From Candidatus Saccharimonadia bacterium (GTDB taxonomy: Bacteria > Patescibacteriota > Saccharimonadia > UBA4664): DNA of 64,000 nt. The stretch covers positions 64,299 through 128,298 of the forward strand of contig DATKIP010000076.1 of NCBI GenBank assembly GCA_035544015.1. The letters are read 5' to 3'. Below, one piece after another: positions 18,846 through 28,430 of the stretch. The translations under genes were made by a program, and so were the position numbers. Position 1 is the stretch's first letter. The number at the start of each line of letters is the position of its first letter. The notes under the pieces are model-generated. The model did not search any database, was not told the DNA's origin, and worked only from the letters and a program-made list of their open reading frames with translations.

Positions 18846-19306
18846 ACCTGATGGTCATGAGAAGCACTTACGCTTCGACCACCACCAGACCTTGAAAAAT
18901 CCCTTCGCCGAGCACTAAGTGCACTCGCCACCACGAGTTCACCTAGTGCCCCCCGAAACATCTTTCGAGAATTTCTCGGAGCACAGAAGCACCAGCTTCA
19001 AAAAAACCGGTCGACAAAGACTAAAGCTCACGCCTGGTTGAATTTCAACCAAGTAGCGAAGCTACAGTCCTCGTCATATAAGACCGAAACCAGCTTAGCT
19101 CAGCATCTGCTAACAACTCACGTCCAAAAGACGCGCAGCTACATAAGCACCAAAGAAGCTGCTGAAGATCCTCGGATCGTCAGTGTAACCCAACCCTATC
19201 CACCCTTTGTTGAACTAGAAATAGTTCAATGCAACACTGATTAGAAATAGTCAAAGCAACAAAGAAGAGTAAGGCGCGGGTATTCTGAATCATCCGTCCG
19301 CATCCC

Positions 19307-19340
19307 AAAACCCCGCCCTAAACCGGCGGGTTTTTGTTGT
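19307..19340 (+). terminator. Rho-independent terminator (CCCGCC-loop-GGCGGG followed by TTTTTGTTGTT)
   Basis: A GC stem, a 7-nt loop and a T-run are seen directly. It ends a ~490-nt unit that begins at the 18817 promoter. Confidence 0.55.
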
Positions 19341-19366
19341 TACTTCCGATCGATGTGCAGCACAGC

Positions 19367-19470
19367 ACTATTCCACTTTTCGGAATAGTTAAAAGATTCA
19401 TCCAAGATTATGGCTCTACAAAAGCCTAAAAAACTCCCCTTACACGTACTATTCCAGAAAATGGAATAGT
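19367..19470. repeat. Copy A of a ~103-bp intergenic repeat with hairpin termini (ACTATTCC-N7-GGAATAGT at each end)
   Basis: Terminal 23-nt palindromes at 19367-19389 and 19448-19470. The interior core is the reverse complement of the core in copy B (42461-42562). Confidence 0.6.
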
Positions 19471-19554
19471 ACCAATGCACGTGTGTCCGGAAAGGTCCCG
19501 CCACCGCACCCGGGTACACCCGTGGCCCCATAGCAAGTTATACTAACCATAACC

Positions 19555-21978
19555 ATGAAGAACGACACCACCGGCCTCACCTCCCGCGAAGCTGCCAAAC
19601 GCCTGGCCAAATACGGCCCCAACGCCCTCGCCCAGGGCAAATCCCGCCCGCCCGTGCTGGCGTTTCTGTCGCGCTTTAGCAACCCGCTGGTCATCATCCT
19701 GCTGTTTGCCGCCACGCTCTCGGCTTTTCTCGGCGATCGCATCAGCTTCATTATCATCATCGCCATTGTGCTCGTGAGCACCGTGCTCGATTTCTTCAAC
19801 AGTTACCGCTCCGAAAAAGCCGCCGAAGCGCTCAAAAATCGCGTGCGCGTGGAAGCCGAAGTGCTGCGCGACCACAAGTGGCTTAGCCTGCCGCTGGCCG
19901 AGCTCGTGCCGGGGGACGTGGTCAAGCTCACCGCCGGTCGCCTCATCCCGGCCGATGGCATTGTGCTCGAAGGCAAAGATTTGGCCGCCAACGAATCCAG
20001 CCTCACCGGCGAATCGTTCCCCGTGGGCAAGCCGCCGCAGGCCGAGCTGTACCTGGGCTCGAGCATCATCAGCGGCTCCGGCCTGATGCGCGTCGAGCAA
20101 ACCGGCGCCGGCACCAAATTTTCGCACATCGCCCGCGCGCTGTCGTCGCAAGACACCCCCACCGAATTTGACCGCGAAATTAAAGATTTTAGCTTACTGA
20201 TCATCAAAATCACTACCGTTCTGGTGGTCGTGATCTTCACGTTCAACACCATCTTCCGCCCCGGCCAGCTCCTCGAATCGTTGCTCTTTAGCGTTGCCCT
20301 GGCCGTGGGCCTCACGCCCGAGCTACTGCCGCTCATTATCACGCTCAACCTCACCAAAGGCTCGCTCGCCATGGCTAAGCACGGTGTGATCGTGAAACAC
20401 CTGAGCTCCATCCAAAACCTCGGCTCCATGGACGTGCTGTGCACCGACAAAACCGGCACACTCACCGAAGACCACATTGCCCTCGTCCGCCACGTCGACG
20501 GCTTCGGCGCCGAATCGCCGTCCGTGCTACTCTACGGTTACCTGGCCAGCCGCTTCACCACCGGCTTCGAAAATCCGCTCGACGCCGCCGTGCGCGCGTT
20601 CAAGACCGTCGACATCAAGGGCTACACCAAGCTCGACGAAATTCCCTACGACTTCGAGCGCAAACGTGAATCCGTGGTGATGGCGCACGGTCGCGGCCAA
20701 ATGCTCGTCACCAAAGGCGCGCCGGAAGAAATCATGCGCCTGTGCACTACCTACGCCGACGGCCGCCCGTTCGAGGCCGTCAAGGCCGAGGTGCAGGCCC
20801 AGTACGAGACCCTCAGCTCCCAGGGCTTCCGGGTGCTCGCCGTCGCCACCCGCCGTGTTCCCAAGCAGCCGCGCTACGAGCCCGACGCCGAGCATGATTT
20901 CACCTTCAACGGTTTCATGGCCTTCCTCGATCCCGCTAAGCAGTCGGTGAAAGCCACCCTCGAGCAGCTCAACGAATACGGCATTCACATCAAGATCGTC
21001 ACCGGCGACAATGCTCTCGTGACGCGCAAAATCGCCGACGACATCGGACTGCCCATCGCCGGTATCCTCACGGGCGCCGAAATCGACCGCCTCAGCCGTC
21101 CCCAGCTGCGCGATGCCGTCGAGACCACCACCATCTTTGCCCGCGTCAATCCCGAGCAAAAGTTGCGCATCATCGAGCAACTGCGCGCCGGCAAACATGT
21201 CGTTGGCTACCTCGGCGACGGCATCAATGACGCCCCCGCCCTCAAGGCCGCCGACATTGGCATCTCCGTCAACAATGCCGTCGATGTCGCCAAAGCCACG
21301 GCCGACCTCATCCTTCTGCGCAAATCCCTCGAAAGCCTCACCGCCGGCATCATTGAAGGGCGCCGCACCTACGCCAATACGCTCAAGTACCTCATGATGT
21401 CGCTGGGGTCAAACTTTGGCAATATGTTTTCAATGGCCGCCGGTTCGCTGTTTCTGCCGTTTCTGCCCATGCAAGCCACGCAAATTCTCCTCACCAACCT
21501 GCTCTATGACACCTCGCAATTCGCCCTGCCCCTCGATGGCGTCGACCCCGAGGGCCTCAAGCGCCCCCGCACCCTGAGCATCGCCGGTCTGCGCCGCGCC
21601 ATGTGGACCTTTGGCCCCCTGAGCTCTCTCTTTGACTTCGCCACGTTCGGCTTGCTGCTCTGGGTGTTTCACTTTGGCTCGGCGCAATTCCAGACCGGCT
21701 GGTTCCTCGAATCCGTCGCCACCCAAACCTTCGTGGTCTACATTATTCGCACGCGCAAGCTGCCGTTTATCCAGAGCCGACCCAGTCCGTATCTGGTGAT
21801 CAGCACCGTCGCTACTGTACTGGCGGGATACGGCATCGCGCTCAGTGCCGTCGGCCGGCTCTTCGGCTTTGAGCCGCTGCCCTTCCCGGCCCTGGCCGCC
21901 ATCGTGGCTGTCGTGGCGGCCTACCTGCTGGTAGCCGAAGCTGTGAAACGCCAGGTATTTGCCCGTCTCAACCTATAA
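19555..21978 (+). CDS. Cation-transporting P-type ATPase (MgtA-like / P2-P3 type)
   Basis: Phosphorylation site 'DKTGTLT', 'TGDN', hinge 'GDGINDAPAL', 'LTGES' actuator motif, and ten TM segments. Confidence 0.8.
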   Translation: MKNDTTGLTSREAAKRLAKYGPNALAQGKSRPPVLAFLSRFSNPLVIILLFAATLSAFLGDRISFIIIIAIVLVSTVLDFFNSYRSEKAAEALKNRVRVEAEVLRDHKWLSLPLAELVPGDVVKLTAGRLIPADGIVLEGKDLAANESSLTGESFPVGKPPQAELYLGSSIISGSGLMRVEQTGAGTKFSHIARALSSQDTPTEFDREIKDFSLLIIKITTVLVVVIFTFNTIFRPGQLLESLLFSVALAVGLTPELLPLIITLNLTKGSLAMAKHGVIVKHLSSIQNLGSMDVLCTDKTGTLTEDHIALVRHVDGFGAESPSVLLYGYLASRFTTGFENPLDAAVRAFKTVDIKGYTKLDEIPYDFERKRESVVMAHGRGQMLVTKGAPEEIMRLCTTYADGRPFEAVKAEVQAQYETLSSQGFRVLAVATRRVPKQPRYEPDAEHDFTFNGFMAFLDPAKQSVKATLEQLNEYGIHIKIVTGDNALVTRKIADDIGLPIAGILTGAEIDRLSRPQLRDAVETTTIFARVNPEQKLRIIEQLRAGKHVVGYLGDGINDAPALKAADIGISVNNAVDVAKATADLILLRKSLESLTAGIIEGRRTYANTLKYLMMSLGSNFGNMFSMAAGSLFLPFLPMQATQILLTNLLYDTSQFALPLDGVDPEGLKRPRTLSIAGLRRAMWTFGPLSSLFDFATFGLLLWVFHFGSAQFQTGWFLESVATQTFVVYIIRTRKLPFIQSRPSPYLVISTVATVLAGYGIALSAVGRLFGFEPLPFPALAAIVAVVAAYLLVAEAVKRQVFARLNL

Positions 21979-22054
21979 TTAGGAGAATCGCCAGTTGCCT
22001 TGGCCGACCGATTCCGGCATGCTAAAAAATACTCGTTAATGCTGGATTAGTACG

Positions 22055-23425
22055 TTGCTGCCACCAGAACTCCGCCAATACTCCAACCGAAAATTGTTTG
22101 TCGCCTTAGCCGCCATGATCGCGGCTACCTTCGTAACCACCGCGGCCACGATTTTCACGATCTCCACCCTGGTGGTCTACCGGCAGGGTGCACAGGCGCA
22201 CAACGACGCGCGCATCCAGATCGGCCAACTCCTTACCAGTCTCGCCGATGCCGAAACCGGCCAGCGCGGCTATCTGCTCACCGGCGATACCACCTATCTC
22301 GGACCCTATAGTATGGCCGCCAACCATATACCGGGACAACTCGCAGACATCATCACTCGCACCAAAGGCGACATTGCTCAAGTCCAAATAAATAAATTAA
22401 GCACTCTGGTAAAGCAAAAGCTAACTGAACTCGCAGGTACCATTACGCTGAGGCAATCCGGCGACACCGCTGCCGCCCAGCAAGTCGTGGCGTCCGGCAC
22501 GAGCAAGGTCTTGACGGACCAGATCCGCAGCGTCGCGCAAGAGGTACAAAGTGCCGAGGCCGCCCAGATCGACCGCGACCGCTCCAACATTACCACGTTG
22601 GCTGCTTTAGCCCGCGACATCAGCGTGGTGAGCGTGATAATCGTCATCGGCCTGTCGATCGTGGTGTACTGGACCTACCTCAAGGCCATCCAGAGCGAGC
22701 GGGTACTCGACCGCGCCAAAGACGAGTTTGTCTCGCTGGCTTCACATCAATTGCGCACGCCCGCCACCGGCATCAAATCCATTCTCTCCACCCTGGCCGC
22801 CGGCGATTTTGGCCCGCTCAACGACCGGCAACAGTATTTCTTGCGCCGTGCCCTCGAAAGCAGCGAGCGCGAGCTCGGCATCATCGAAGAGCTGCTCAAT
22901 GTTGCCAAAGCCGATGCTGGCCGTCTCATCTTGCACATCTCCACCTTCGAGCTAGGCGGCCTCATTGACACCATTGTAGGCGAACAGCGCGCTGCCATTA
23001 CCGAAAAACAGCAGGAACTGACCGTTAAACGCCCGTCGCGCCCCATCACCCTCGTGGCCGATGAAGAAAAGCTCTATATGGCCATTGGCAACCTGCTCGA
23101 CAACGCTCGCAAGTACACGCCTGAATTCGGAAAAATTGCTATAACCATATCAAATTCCCATGGCATAGCCAAAATAGAGGTAGCCGACAGCGGCATTGGC
23201 ATCGACTCAGAGGAAATTAACCACATCTTCGACCGATTCCACCGCGCCAGCGAGGCCGTACGCGACCAAGTCGAAGGCGCCGGCCTGGGCCTCTATCTGG
23301 CCAGCCGCATCGCTCAATTGCACGAAGGCAGCATCGAAGTTAGCTCAAGGCTCGGAAAAGGCACAAAATTTGTTATGATACTCCCACAGGGAGATCAAGA
23401 TGCTGCCGAAGGTGCTGCTAATTGA
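22055..23425 (+). CDS. Sensor histidine kinase with CHASE3 extracellular domain
   Basis: CHASE3-like 'ETGQRGYLLTGDTTYLGPY'; H-box 'SLASHQLRTPA'; 'DSGIGI' and 'GAGLGL' G-boxes. Confidence 0.7.
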   Translation: MLPPELRQYSNRKLFVALAAMIAATFVTTAATIFTISTLVVYRQGAQAHNDARIQIGQLLTSLADAETGQRGYLLTGDTTYLGPYSMAANHIPGQLADIITRTKGDIAQVQINKLSTLVKQKLTELAGTITLRQSGDTAAAQQVVASGTSKVLTDQIRSVAQEVQSAEAAQIDRDRSNITTLAALARDISVVSVIIVIGLSIVVYWTYLKAIQSERVLDRAKDEFVSLASHQLRTPATGIKSILSTLAAGDFGPLNDRQQYFLRRALESSERELGIIEELLNVAKADAGRLILHISTFELGGLIDTIVGEQRAAITEKQQELTVKRPSRPITLVADEEKLYMAIGNLLDNARKYTPEFGKIAITISNSHGIAKIEVADSGIGIDSEEINHIFDRFHRASEAVRDQVEGAGLGLYLASRIAQLHEGSIEVSSRLGKGTKFVMILPQGDQDAAEGAAN

Positions 23426-23771
23426 AGACGACGACGTCATCCGGGAAATTTATGCCATGAAGTTCGAGCTCGACGGCTTCCCGGTGGCTTCAGCCTCAAA
23501 TGGGCGGATCGGGCTGCAAATGGTCGAAGATTTTGAACCGCAAGTTATCTTGCTCGACATGATGATGCCGGTGATGGGTGGGCTGGAGTTTATGCAGGCA
23601 CTCAAAAAGCAAGGCCGAGCGCTGCCGGACGTGATCGTGTTCTCCAATATCTCTGCCCCCAAGCAGGTCGACGCCGTGATGCGGCTGGGCGCCAAGGCCT
23701 ACTGGACCAAATCCGACTACACCCCCGACCGCGTCTCCAACGAACTCGTAAAACTATGGAACGATAAGTGA
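23400..23771 (+). CDS. Stand-alone receiver-domain response regulator
   Basis: Contains 'VLLIEDDDVIREIY' and 'ILLDMMMP'. The 123-aa protein has a C-terminal 'AKAYWTKSDYTPDRVSNELVK' tail and overlaps the kinase stop. Confidence 0.7.
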   Translation: MLPKVLLIEDDDVIREIYAMKFELDGFPVASASNGRIGLQMVEDFEPQVILLDMMMPVMGGLEFMQALKKQGRALPDVIVFSNISAPKQVDAVMRLGAKAYWTKSDYTPDRVSNELVKLWNDK

Positions 23772-24556
23772 AACTCCTCACCGGCCGCGACATCGCGGAC
23801 TTTATCGCCGAGCGGCATGCGCGCGTTATTGCCGGGCTCCCGACGCCTCCCCGGCTGGCCATTATTCGCTCCAAAGATAACGAAGCCGGCGACAAATATC
23901 TGAAAATGAAGCGTAAATACGGCGAAGATATCGGCATTGCCGTCGATCTGTATGTCGAGACATCCGCCACCATCATAGACCGCATCGCCGCGCTGGGCGC
24001 CGACCCTGCCGTCACCGGCCTCATCATCCAGCTGCCCCTCACCGGCGCCGCCGCGATCACCGACCGGGCGCTGGCGGCCATCGACCCGGCCAAGGATGTG
24101 GACGGCCTCGCCCCCGGCACCGCCTTCGAGGCCGCCACGCCCAAGGCCGCATTGTGGCTGCTGGCTTCGCACGGCGTAGATTTGAAGGGCCGCATCGTGG
24201 TGGTGGGGCAGGGGAGGCTGGTGGGTAAGCCCCTGGCCGACCGTCTCGAAGCCTCCGGCCACGACGTGGTGCGCTGCGACATCAATACCAAAGACCTGCG
24301 GGCCGAAACCCTCCAGGCCGACATCCTATTTACCGGCACCGGCGTTGAGCACCTCATAAAGCCCGATATGGTCAAAACCGGCGCCGTGCTCGTAGACACC
24401 GGCTCCCCCAAGAGCGAATTCGACCCCGCCCTCTACGAGCGCGACGACCTCACCATCACCCCCAATCCCGGCGGCGTCGGCCCCATGACCGTCGTGAGCC
24501 TGTTTGACAACCTCATCATTGCCGCCCAAAAGCAAGCCTATGCCCATCGCGCCTGA
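23768..24556 (+). CDS. folD: Bifunctional 5,10-methylene-tetrahydrofolate dehydrogenase/cyclohydrolase
   Basis: Contains 'LIIQLPL', 'DVDGL', 'VVVVGQGRLVGKPLA' and 'PNPGGVGPMTVVSL'. The GTG start overlaps the TGA of the response regulator. Confidence 0.75.
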   Translation: MKLLTGRDIADFIAERHARVIAGLPTPPRLAIIRSKDNEAGDKYLKMKRKYGEDIGIAVDLYVETSATIIDRIAALGADPAVTGLIIQLPLTGAAAITDRALAAIDPAKDVDGLAPGTAFEAATPKAALWLLASHGVDLKGRIVVVGQGRLVGKPLADRLEASGHDVVRCDINTKDLRAETLQADILFTGTGVEHLIKPDMVKTGAVLVDTGSPKSEFDPALYERDDLTITPNPGGVGPMTVVSLFDNLIIAAQKQAYAHRA

Positions 24557-25337
24557 ATTCCTTACCGCCGCCAGTAAGCGCATCCGCGCGACGCTCATGG
24601 AGCTGCGCCCGCAACTGCTGCAAGCTCACGGCGCCATCGAGCACGAGCTCAAAGACGACGCCTCGGCCGTCACCGAGATGGACCTCTTGGTCGAAAAGCG
24701 CCTCCACGAAGCCCTCGGCGAGCTCGATCCCACCATCGGCCTGGCCGGTGAAGAAACCGGCGCCGACTTCGATCAAGAAACCTTCTGGCTCGTCGACCCC
24801 ATCGACGGCACCGAGCCGTTCATTCGCGGCCTGCCGTTTTCCACCAACATGATCGCGCTCATCCACCACGGCGAGCCCATTATGTCCGTCATCTACAACT
24901 TCTTTCTCGACGAGTATTACCACGCAGTAAAGGGGGAGGGTGCCACCATGAACGGCCACCCCATTCACGTTTCGGATCGCCCCATGGACCGGGCCTATGT
25001 AGTTTTCGGCTCCAAACTCAAGGACCCCAAGCTGTTCGGCCTCACCGACCGCCTCCGCCAGCGCGTTCTCGGCTTGCCGCAAATGGCTGGCGCAGGATAC
25101 ACCTACGCCTCCATCGCCGCCGGCCAGCTCGACGGCCTCGTGGCCTACAACGGCCGGGGCAAGCCCTGGGACCATGCTCCCGGCACACTCCTCGTACGCG
25201 AAGCCGGCGGCCGCGTCGAAAACCTTTTTAGCCCCAGCTACGACTACCGCAATCTCGAACTTGTAGCCGCCGCTCCCAGTATTTTCCCCGAACTCAAACA
25301 ATTTTTCGAAGACGAAATTTCGGCCGTCGGCAAATAA
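24540..25337 (+). CDS. Inositol monophosphatase family protein (IMPase/SuhB-like)
   Basis: Contains 'WLVDPIDGTEPFIRG' and 'GEETG' metal-binding motifs. It overlaps the end of folD. Confidence 0.65.
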   Translation: MPIAPEFLTAASKRIRATLMELRPQLLQAHGAIEHELKDDASAVTEMDLLVEKRLHEALGELDPTIGLAGEETGADFDQETFWLVDPIDGTEPFIRGLPFSTNMIALIHHGEPIMSVIYNFFLDEYYHAVKGEGATMNGHPIHVSDRPMDRAYVVFGSKLKDPKLFGLTDRLRQRVLGLPQMAGAGYTYASIAAGQLDGLVAYNGRGKPWDHAPGTLLVREAGGRVENLFSPSYDYRNLELVAAAPSIFPELKQFFEDEISAVGK

Positions 25338-25368
25338 AAAGATTCGGCCCATAAGCTATAATCCCTAT

Positions 25369-26040
25369 ATGACAGAACACGAACCTAGCCCCGACCAACC
25401 CGAAAACCTCAAATCGCCCGCGCCACCCGCATCGGCGGAGGTGGGCGAAACAGCCGGAGCCGAGTTCGAACAAGAGCTGGCAAAAATACATGAGCTAAAA
25501 CGGCGCATTCTCATTGCTCTGGTGGGCGAAGACCAGTACCACGCAGAAGAAGCGACGCTGGGAGACTCGGCCGAAGCTAAATTTAACGCCCTCGCGCAAG
25601 GGGACTTCACTGCCGTGATGGAAGGAGCCGATGAAGAGCCTGGGCAATTTGCGCTGGAAGATGCCGAACTCCTACAGCGCAAATTCGAGGCGCGGACGCT
25701 GGATCATTACAACTTGCCAGCCGGGTCGAACAACGTAGTGCATACCGCGGGCACCGAAGCCGGACTGGATGAAGCCGGCCGCCGCAACTACCGCTATACC
25801 GAATATCGCGTAGACGGCGGGCAACTCATGGGCCAAGACCGCGTCTCCGCCCACGGGCAGCCCACCGCGGCTGAGCCCCAGCCGGTGCCGGCTATGGATG
25901 CAGCGCTCATCACCGCCAAACTCGCAGCCTATCGCGAACAACTCGAGGCGCTGGCCGCCGCCACTCCCGATGAAATCCGCGCCCGGCTGCAACCCCCGCC
26001 CAGCCCCGAGGCCGCTAGTACCGATAATGCTCCGGCTTAA
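25369..26040 (+). CDS. Acidic hypothetical protein
   Basis: A clean ORF whose product is rich in E/A/P. No recognisable domain. Confidence 0.35.
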   Translation: MTEHEPSPDQPENLKSPAPPASAEVGETAGAEFEQELAKIHELKRRILIALVGEDQYHAEEATLGDSAEAKFNALAQGDFTAVMEGADEEPGQFALEDAELLQRKFEARTLDHYNLPAGSNNVVHTAGTEAGLDEAGRRNYRYTEYRVDGGQLMGQDRVSAHGQPTAAEPQPVPAMDAALITAKLAAYREQLEALAAATPDEIRARLQPPPSPEAASTDNAPA

Positions 26041-27313
26041 ACGGCCCGTCGCGGTGCGCTCCCAGGTACTCCGCTTGTTCCTCGGTGAGCCGGCTCAGCC
26101 GCCCGCCAAGCGCCTCGAGGTGAATCACCGCCACCTTTTCGTCGAGCTCCTTGGGCAGGCGCGTCACGCCTACTTTGTGCGGTTTTTGCCACAGCTCCAG
26201 CTGCGCCAGCACCTGGTTTGAAAACGATGTACTCATCACAAACGACGGGTGCCCCGTGGCGCACCCCAAATTCACGAGCCGCCCCTCGGCCAGCAAAATA
26301 ATCCGGTGGCCGTCCGCAAACGTGTACACATCCACCTGCGGCTTCAGCGCCTCTTTTTTCACGCCGGGCGCCGCATTCAGCTGCGCCACCTGAATCTCCA
26401 CGTCGAAGTGCCCGATGTTGCACACGATCGCCGTGTCTTTCATGACCTGCATGTGACCAAGCGTAATCACGTCGCGGCAGCCGGTGGTGGTCACAAACAC
26501 ATCGCCGAGCTTGGCCGCATGCTCCATCGTCACCACCTCGAAGCCCTCCATCATCGCCTGCAGCGCACAGATCGGGTCGATCTCGGTCACGAGCACGCGG
26601 CAGCCGTACGAATCCAGCGACTGCGCGCAACCCTTGCCCACGTCGCCGTACCCTGCCACCACCGCCACTTTGCCGGCCAGCATCACGTCAGTAGCGCGCT
26701 TAATGCCGTCCACCAGCGACTCGCGGCAACCGTATTTGTTGTCGAATTTGCTCTTGGTCACCGAGTCGTTCACGTTGATCGCCGGCAATTTGAGCTCGCC
26801 GCGCTCCAGCATGCGGTGCAAGTTGTGCACGCCGGTGGTCGTTTCTTCGCTCACGCCCTTAATCGCATCCAGCAGTTCCGGGTGCTTCTCGTGCACCAGT
26901 TTCGTGAGGTCCCCGCCGTCGTCGAGCAGCAAATTCGGCCCTTGGCCGTCGCCAAACCCTAGCGTTTGCTCCATGCACCACCAGTACTCGTCCTCGCTCT
27001 CACCCTTCCACGCAAACACCGCCACCCCCGCCGCCGCCACGGCTGCCGCCGCTTGGTCTTGGGTGCTAAAAATATTGCAGCTGGCCCAGCGCACCTCGGC
27101 GCCCAGCTCCACGAGCGTCTCGATGAGTACCGCCGTTTGAATCGTCATGTGCAAGCTTCCGGCAATGCGAGCACCCGCCAGAGGCTTAGTGGAGCCAAAT
27201 TCCCGCCGCAGGCTCATGAGCCCCGGCATTTCGCTCTCGGCCAGGCGAATCTCTTTGCGGCCCCATTCAGCCAGGTCCATATCGGCCACTTTGTAATCGG
27301 TATTCGTCGTCAT
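26015..27313 (-). CDS. ahcY: Adenosylhomocysteinase
   Basis: Starts '[22 protein letters not shown]'; contains the NAD-binding '[12 protein letters not shown]'; 432 aa. Confidence 0.9.
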   Translation of the reverse strand: MTTNTDYKVADMDLAEWGRKEIRLAESEMPGLMSLRREFGSTKPLAGARIAGSLHMTIQTAVLIETLVELGAEVRWASCNIFSTQDQAAAAVAAAGVAVFAWKGESEDEYWWCMEQTLGFGDGQGPNLLLDDGGDLTKLVHEKHPELLDAIKGVSEETTTGVHNLHRMLERGELKLPAINVNDSVTKSKFDNKYGCRESLVDGIKRATDVMLAGKVAVVAGYGDVGKGCAQSLDSYGCRVLVTEIDPICALQAMMEGFEVVTMEHAAKLGDVFVTTTGCRDVITLGHMQVMKDTAIVCNIGHFDVEIQVAQLNAAPGVKKEALKPQVDVYTFADGHRIILLAEGRLVNLGCATGHPSFVMSTSFSNQVLAQLELWQKPHKVGVTRLPKELDEKVAVIHLEALGGRLSRLTEEQAEYLGAHRDGPFKPEHYRY

Positions 27314-27331
27314 AATCGTGTCATCCTTTTG

Positions 27332-28291
27332 CTAATCCTCCGGCAGCCCCGCGCCAAACGCCGTCTCGTAACGCGCCGCCACCTCCGCCAGGTCAAACGT
27401 GTGCCCCTGCGTGCCGTCAGTCTCTACCGCGTACGCCGCGCAGGTGGCGCCCAGCTGCGCGCACGCCTCCCATTCCCAACCACGCCGCCAGCCGTACACA
27501 AACCCGGCGCGATAAGCATCGCCGGCGCCGGTGGGGTCGGCTACGCGCACCGGCTTCACCGCCGGTACCTTCACCGGCGTGCCCACGCGCAGTCCCTCCA
27601 CCACCGAGCCGCGCCCACCCAGCGTGGTCACCACCGTCGGCACCTGGGCCTTAATGTCGGCCGGCTCCAACCCCGTTTTGGCCGCCAGCATGGCCATTTC
27701 GTACTCGTTCACCATCAGCAATTCGGCCGCGTCGAGCCCCGCCCGCAAATCTTCCGCCGGCAAGTTGCTCACCTGCTGCCCCACGTCGTACAGCAGCCGC
27801 AGTCCCCATCGCACACATTCCGCCACTTGCCGGCGCATGCCGTCCGGATCGTGCGACGACACTATGCAAATTGGGTTTTTAGCCTTCCAGGGGCCAAAAT
27901 TCAAATTTTCACTATCACCCATCGCTCCCGGGAAAAATCCTCCCACCTGATGCTGCTGGCCGTCGGTAATGACGTGGAACGTGGCCGTCGGCAGATGGCT
28001 GCGATGCACATGCTCGATATTGACGCCGTAATTGGCCAGCTGCTCCATGTATCCATCCGACTCGCGCCCAGCCGAGCCAAGCAGCACCGGCTCCTCGCCC
28101 AAAAGTGCCAGCGAGTAGCAAATATTCGCCCCGCCGCCGCCGTGCGTTTCGTACAGTTCATCCACCAAAATCGACACCGACAGCGCCTCAAGCTGCTCCG
28201 GCCGAAGGTAATCGCTGTAATGGCCTTTAAAACTCATAATTCGATCCACCGCGACCGACCCGGACACCACAAGAGGGGAGAGTTGTTTCAT
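27332..28291 (-). CDS. PfkB-family carbohydrate/nucleoside kinase (adenosine kinase-like)
   Basis: Carries the PfkB signature 'DPTGAGDAYRAGFVYG' and the N-terminal GG motif. It is adjacent to ahcY. Confidence 0.65.
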   Translation of the reverse strand: MKQLSPLVVSGSVAVDRIMSFKGHYSDYLRPEQLEALSVSILVDELYETHGGGGANICYSLALLGEEPVLLGSAGRESDGYMEQLANYGVNIEHVHRSHLPTATFHVITDGQQHQVGGFFPGAMGDSENLNFGPWKAKNPICIVSSHDPDGMRRQVAECVRWGLRLLYDVGQQVSNLPAEDLRAGLDAAELLMVNEYEMAMLAAKTGLEPADIKAQVPTVVTTLGGRGSVVEGLRVGTPVKVPAVKPVRVADPTGAGDAYRAGFVYGWRRGWEWEACAQLGATCAAYAVETDGTQGHTFDLAEVAARYETAFGAGLPED

Positions 28292-28430
28292 GAGACCAAT
28301 ATTACCAACAAAACCTCCTTGCCTACAACGTAATAATATTTACAAAAGTCAACAAATTTGCTACAATGCGGCGGTTCCGGGGCTTTAGTTCCCCATTCTT
28401 CGCAGTTCTTCGACAGAAAGGTTTCCCCCG

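Noticed and set aside
19038-19244. 68-aa ORF in the low-GC leader region
   Set aside because: No ribosome-binding site, no recognisable domain, and it ends in a palindrome. More plausibly part of a non-coding leader or sRNA. Kept only as a possibility in the findings.
18790-19340. Possible tmRNA / RNase P / M-box riboswitch in the promoter-to-terminator unit
   Set aside because: I looked for the tmRNA tag-peptide ORF and tRNA-like 3' end, the RNase P conserved P4 elements and the M-box core, and found none by eye. The region is left as an unclassified ncRNA/leader candidate.
19543-21198. Minus-strand ORFs (202 aa, 224 aa, 223 aa) within the P-type ATPase gene
   Set aside because: Antisense to a gene that carries unmistakable P-type ATPase motifs (DKTGTLT, GDGINDAP).
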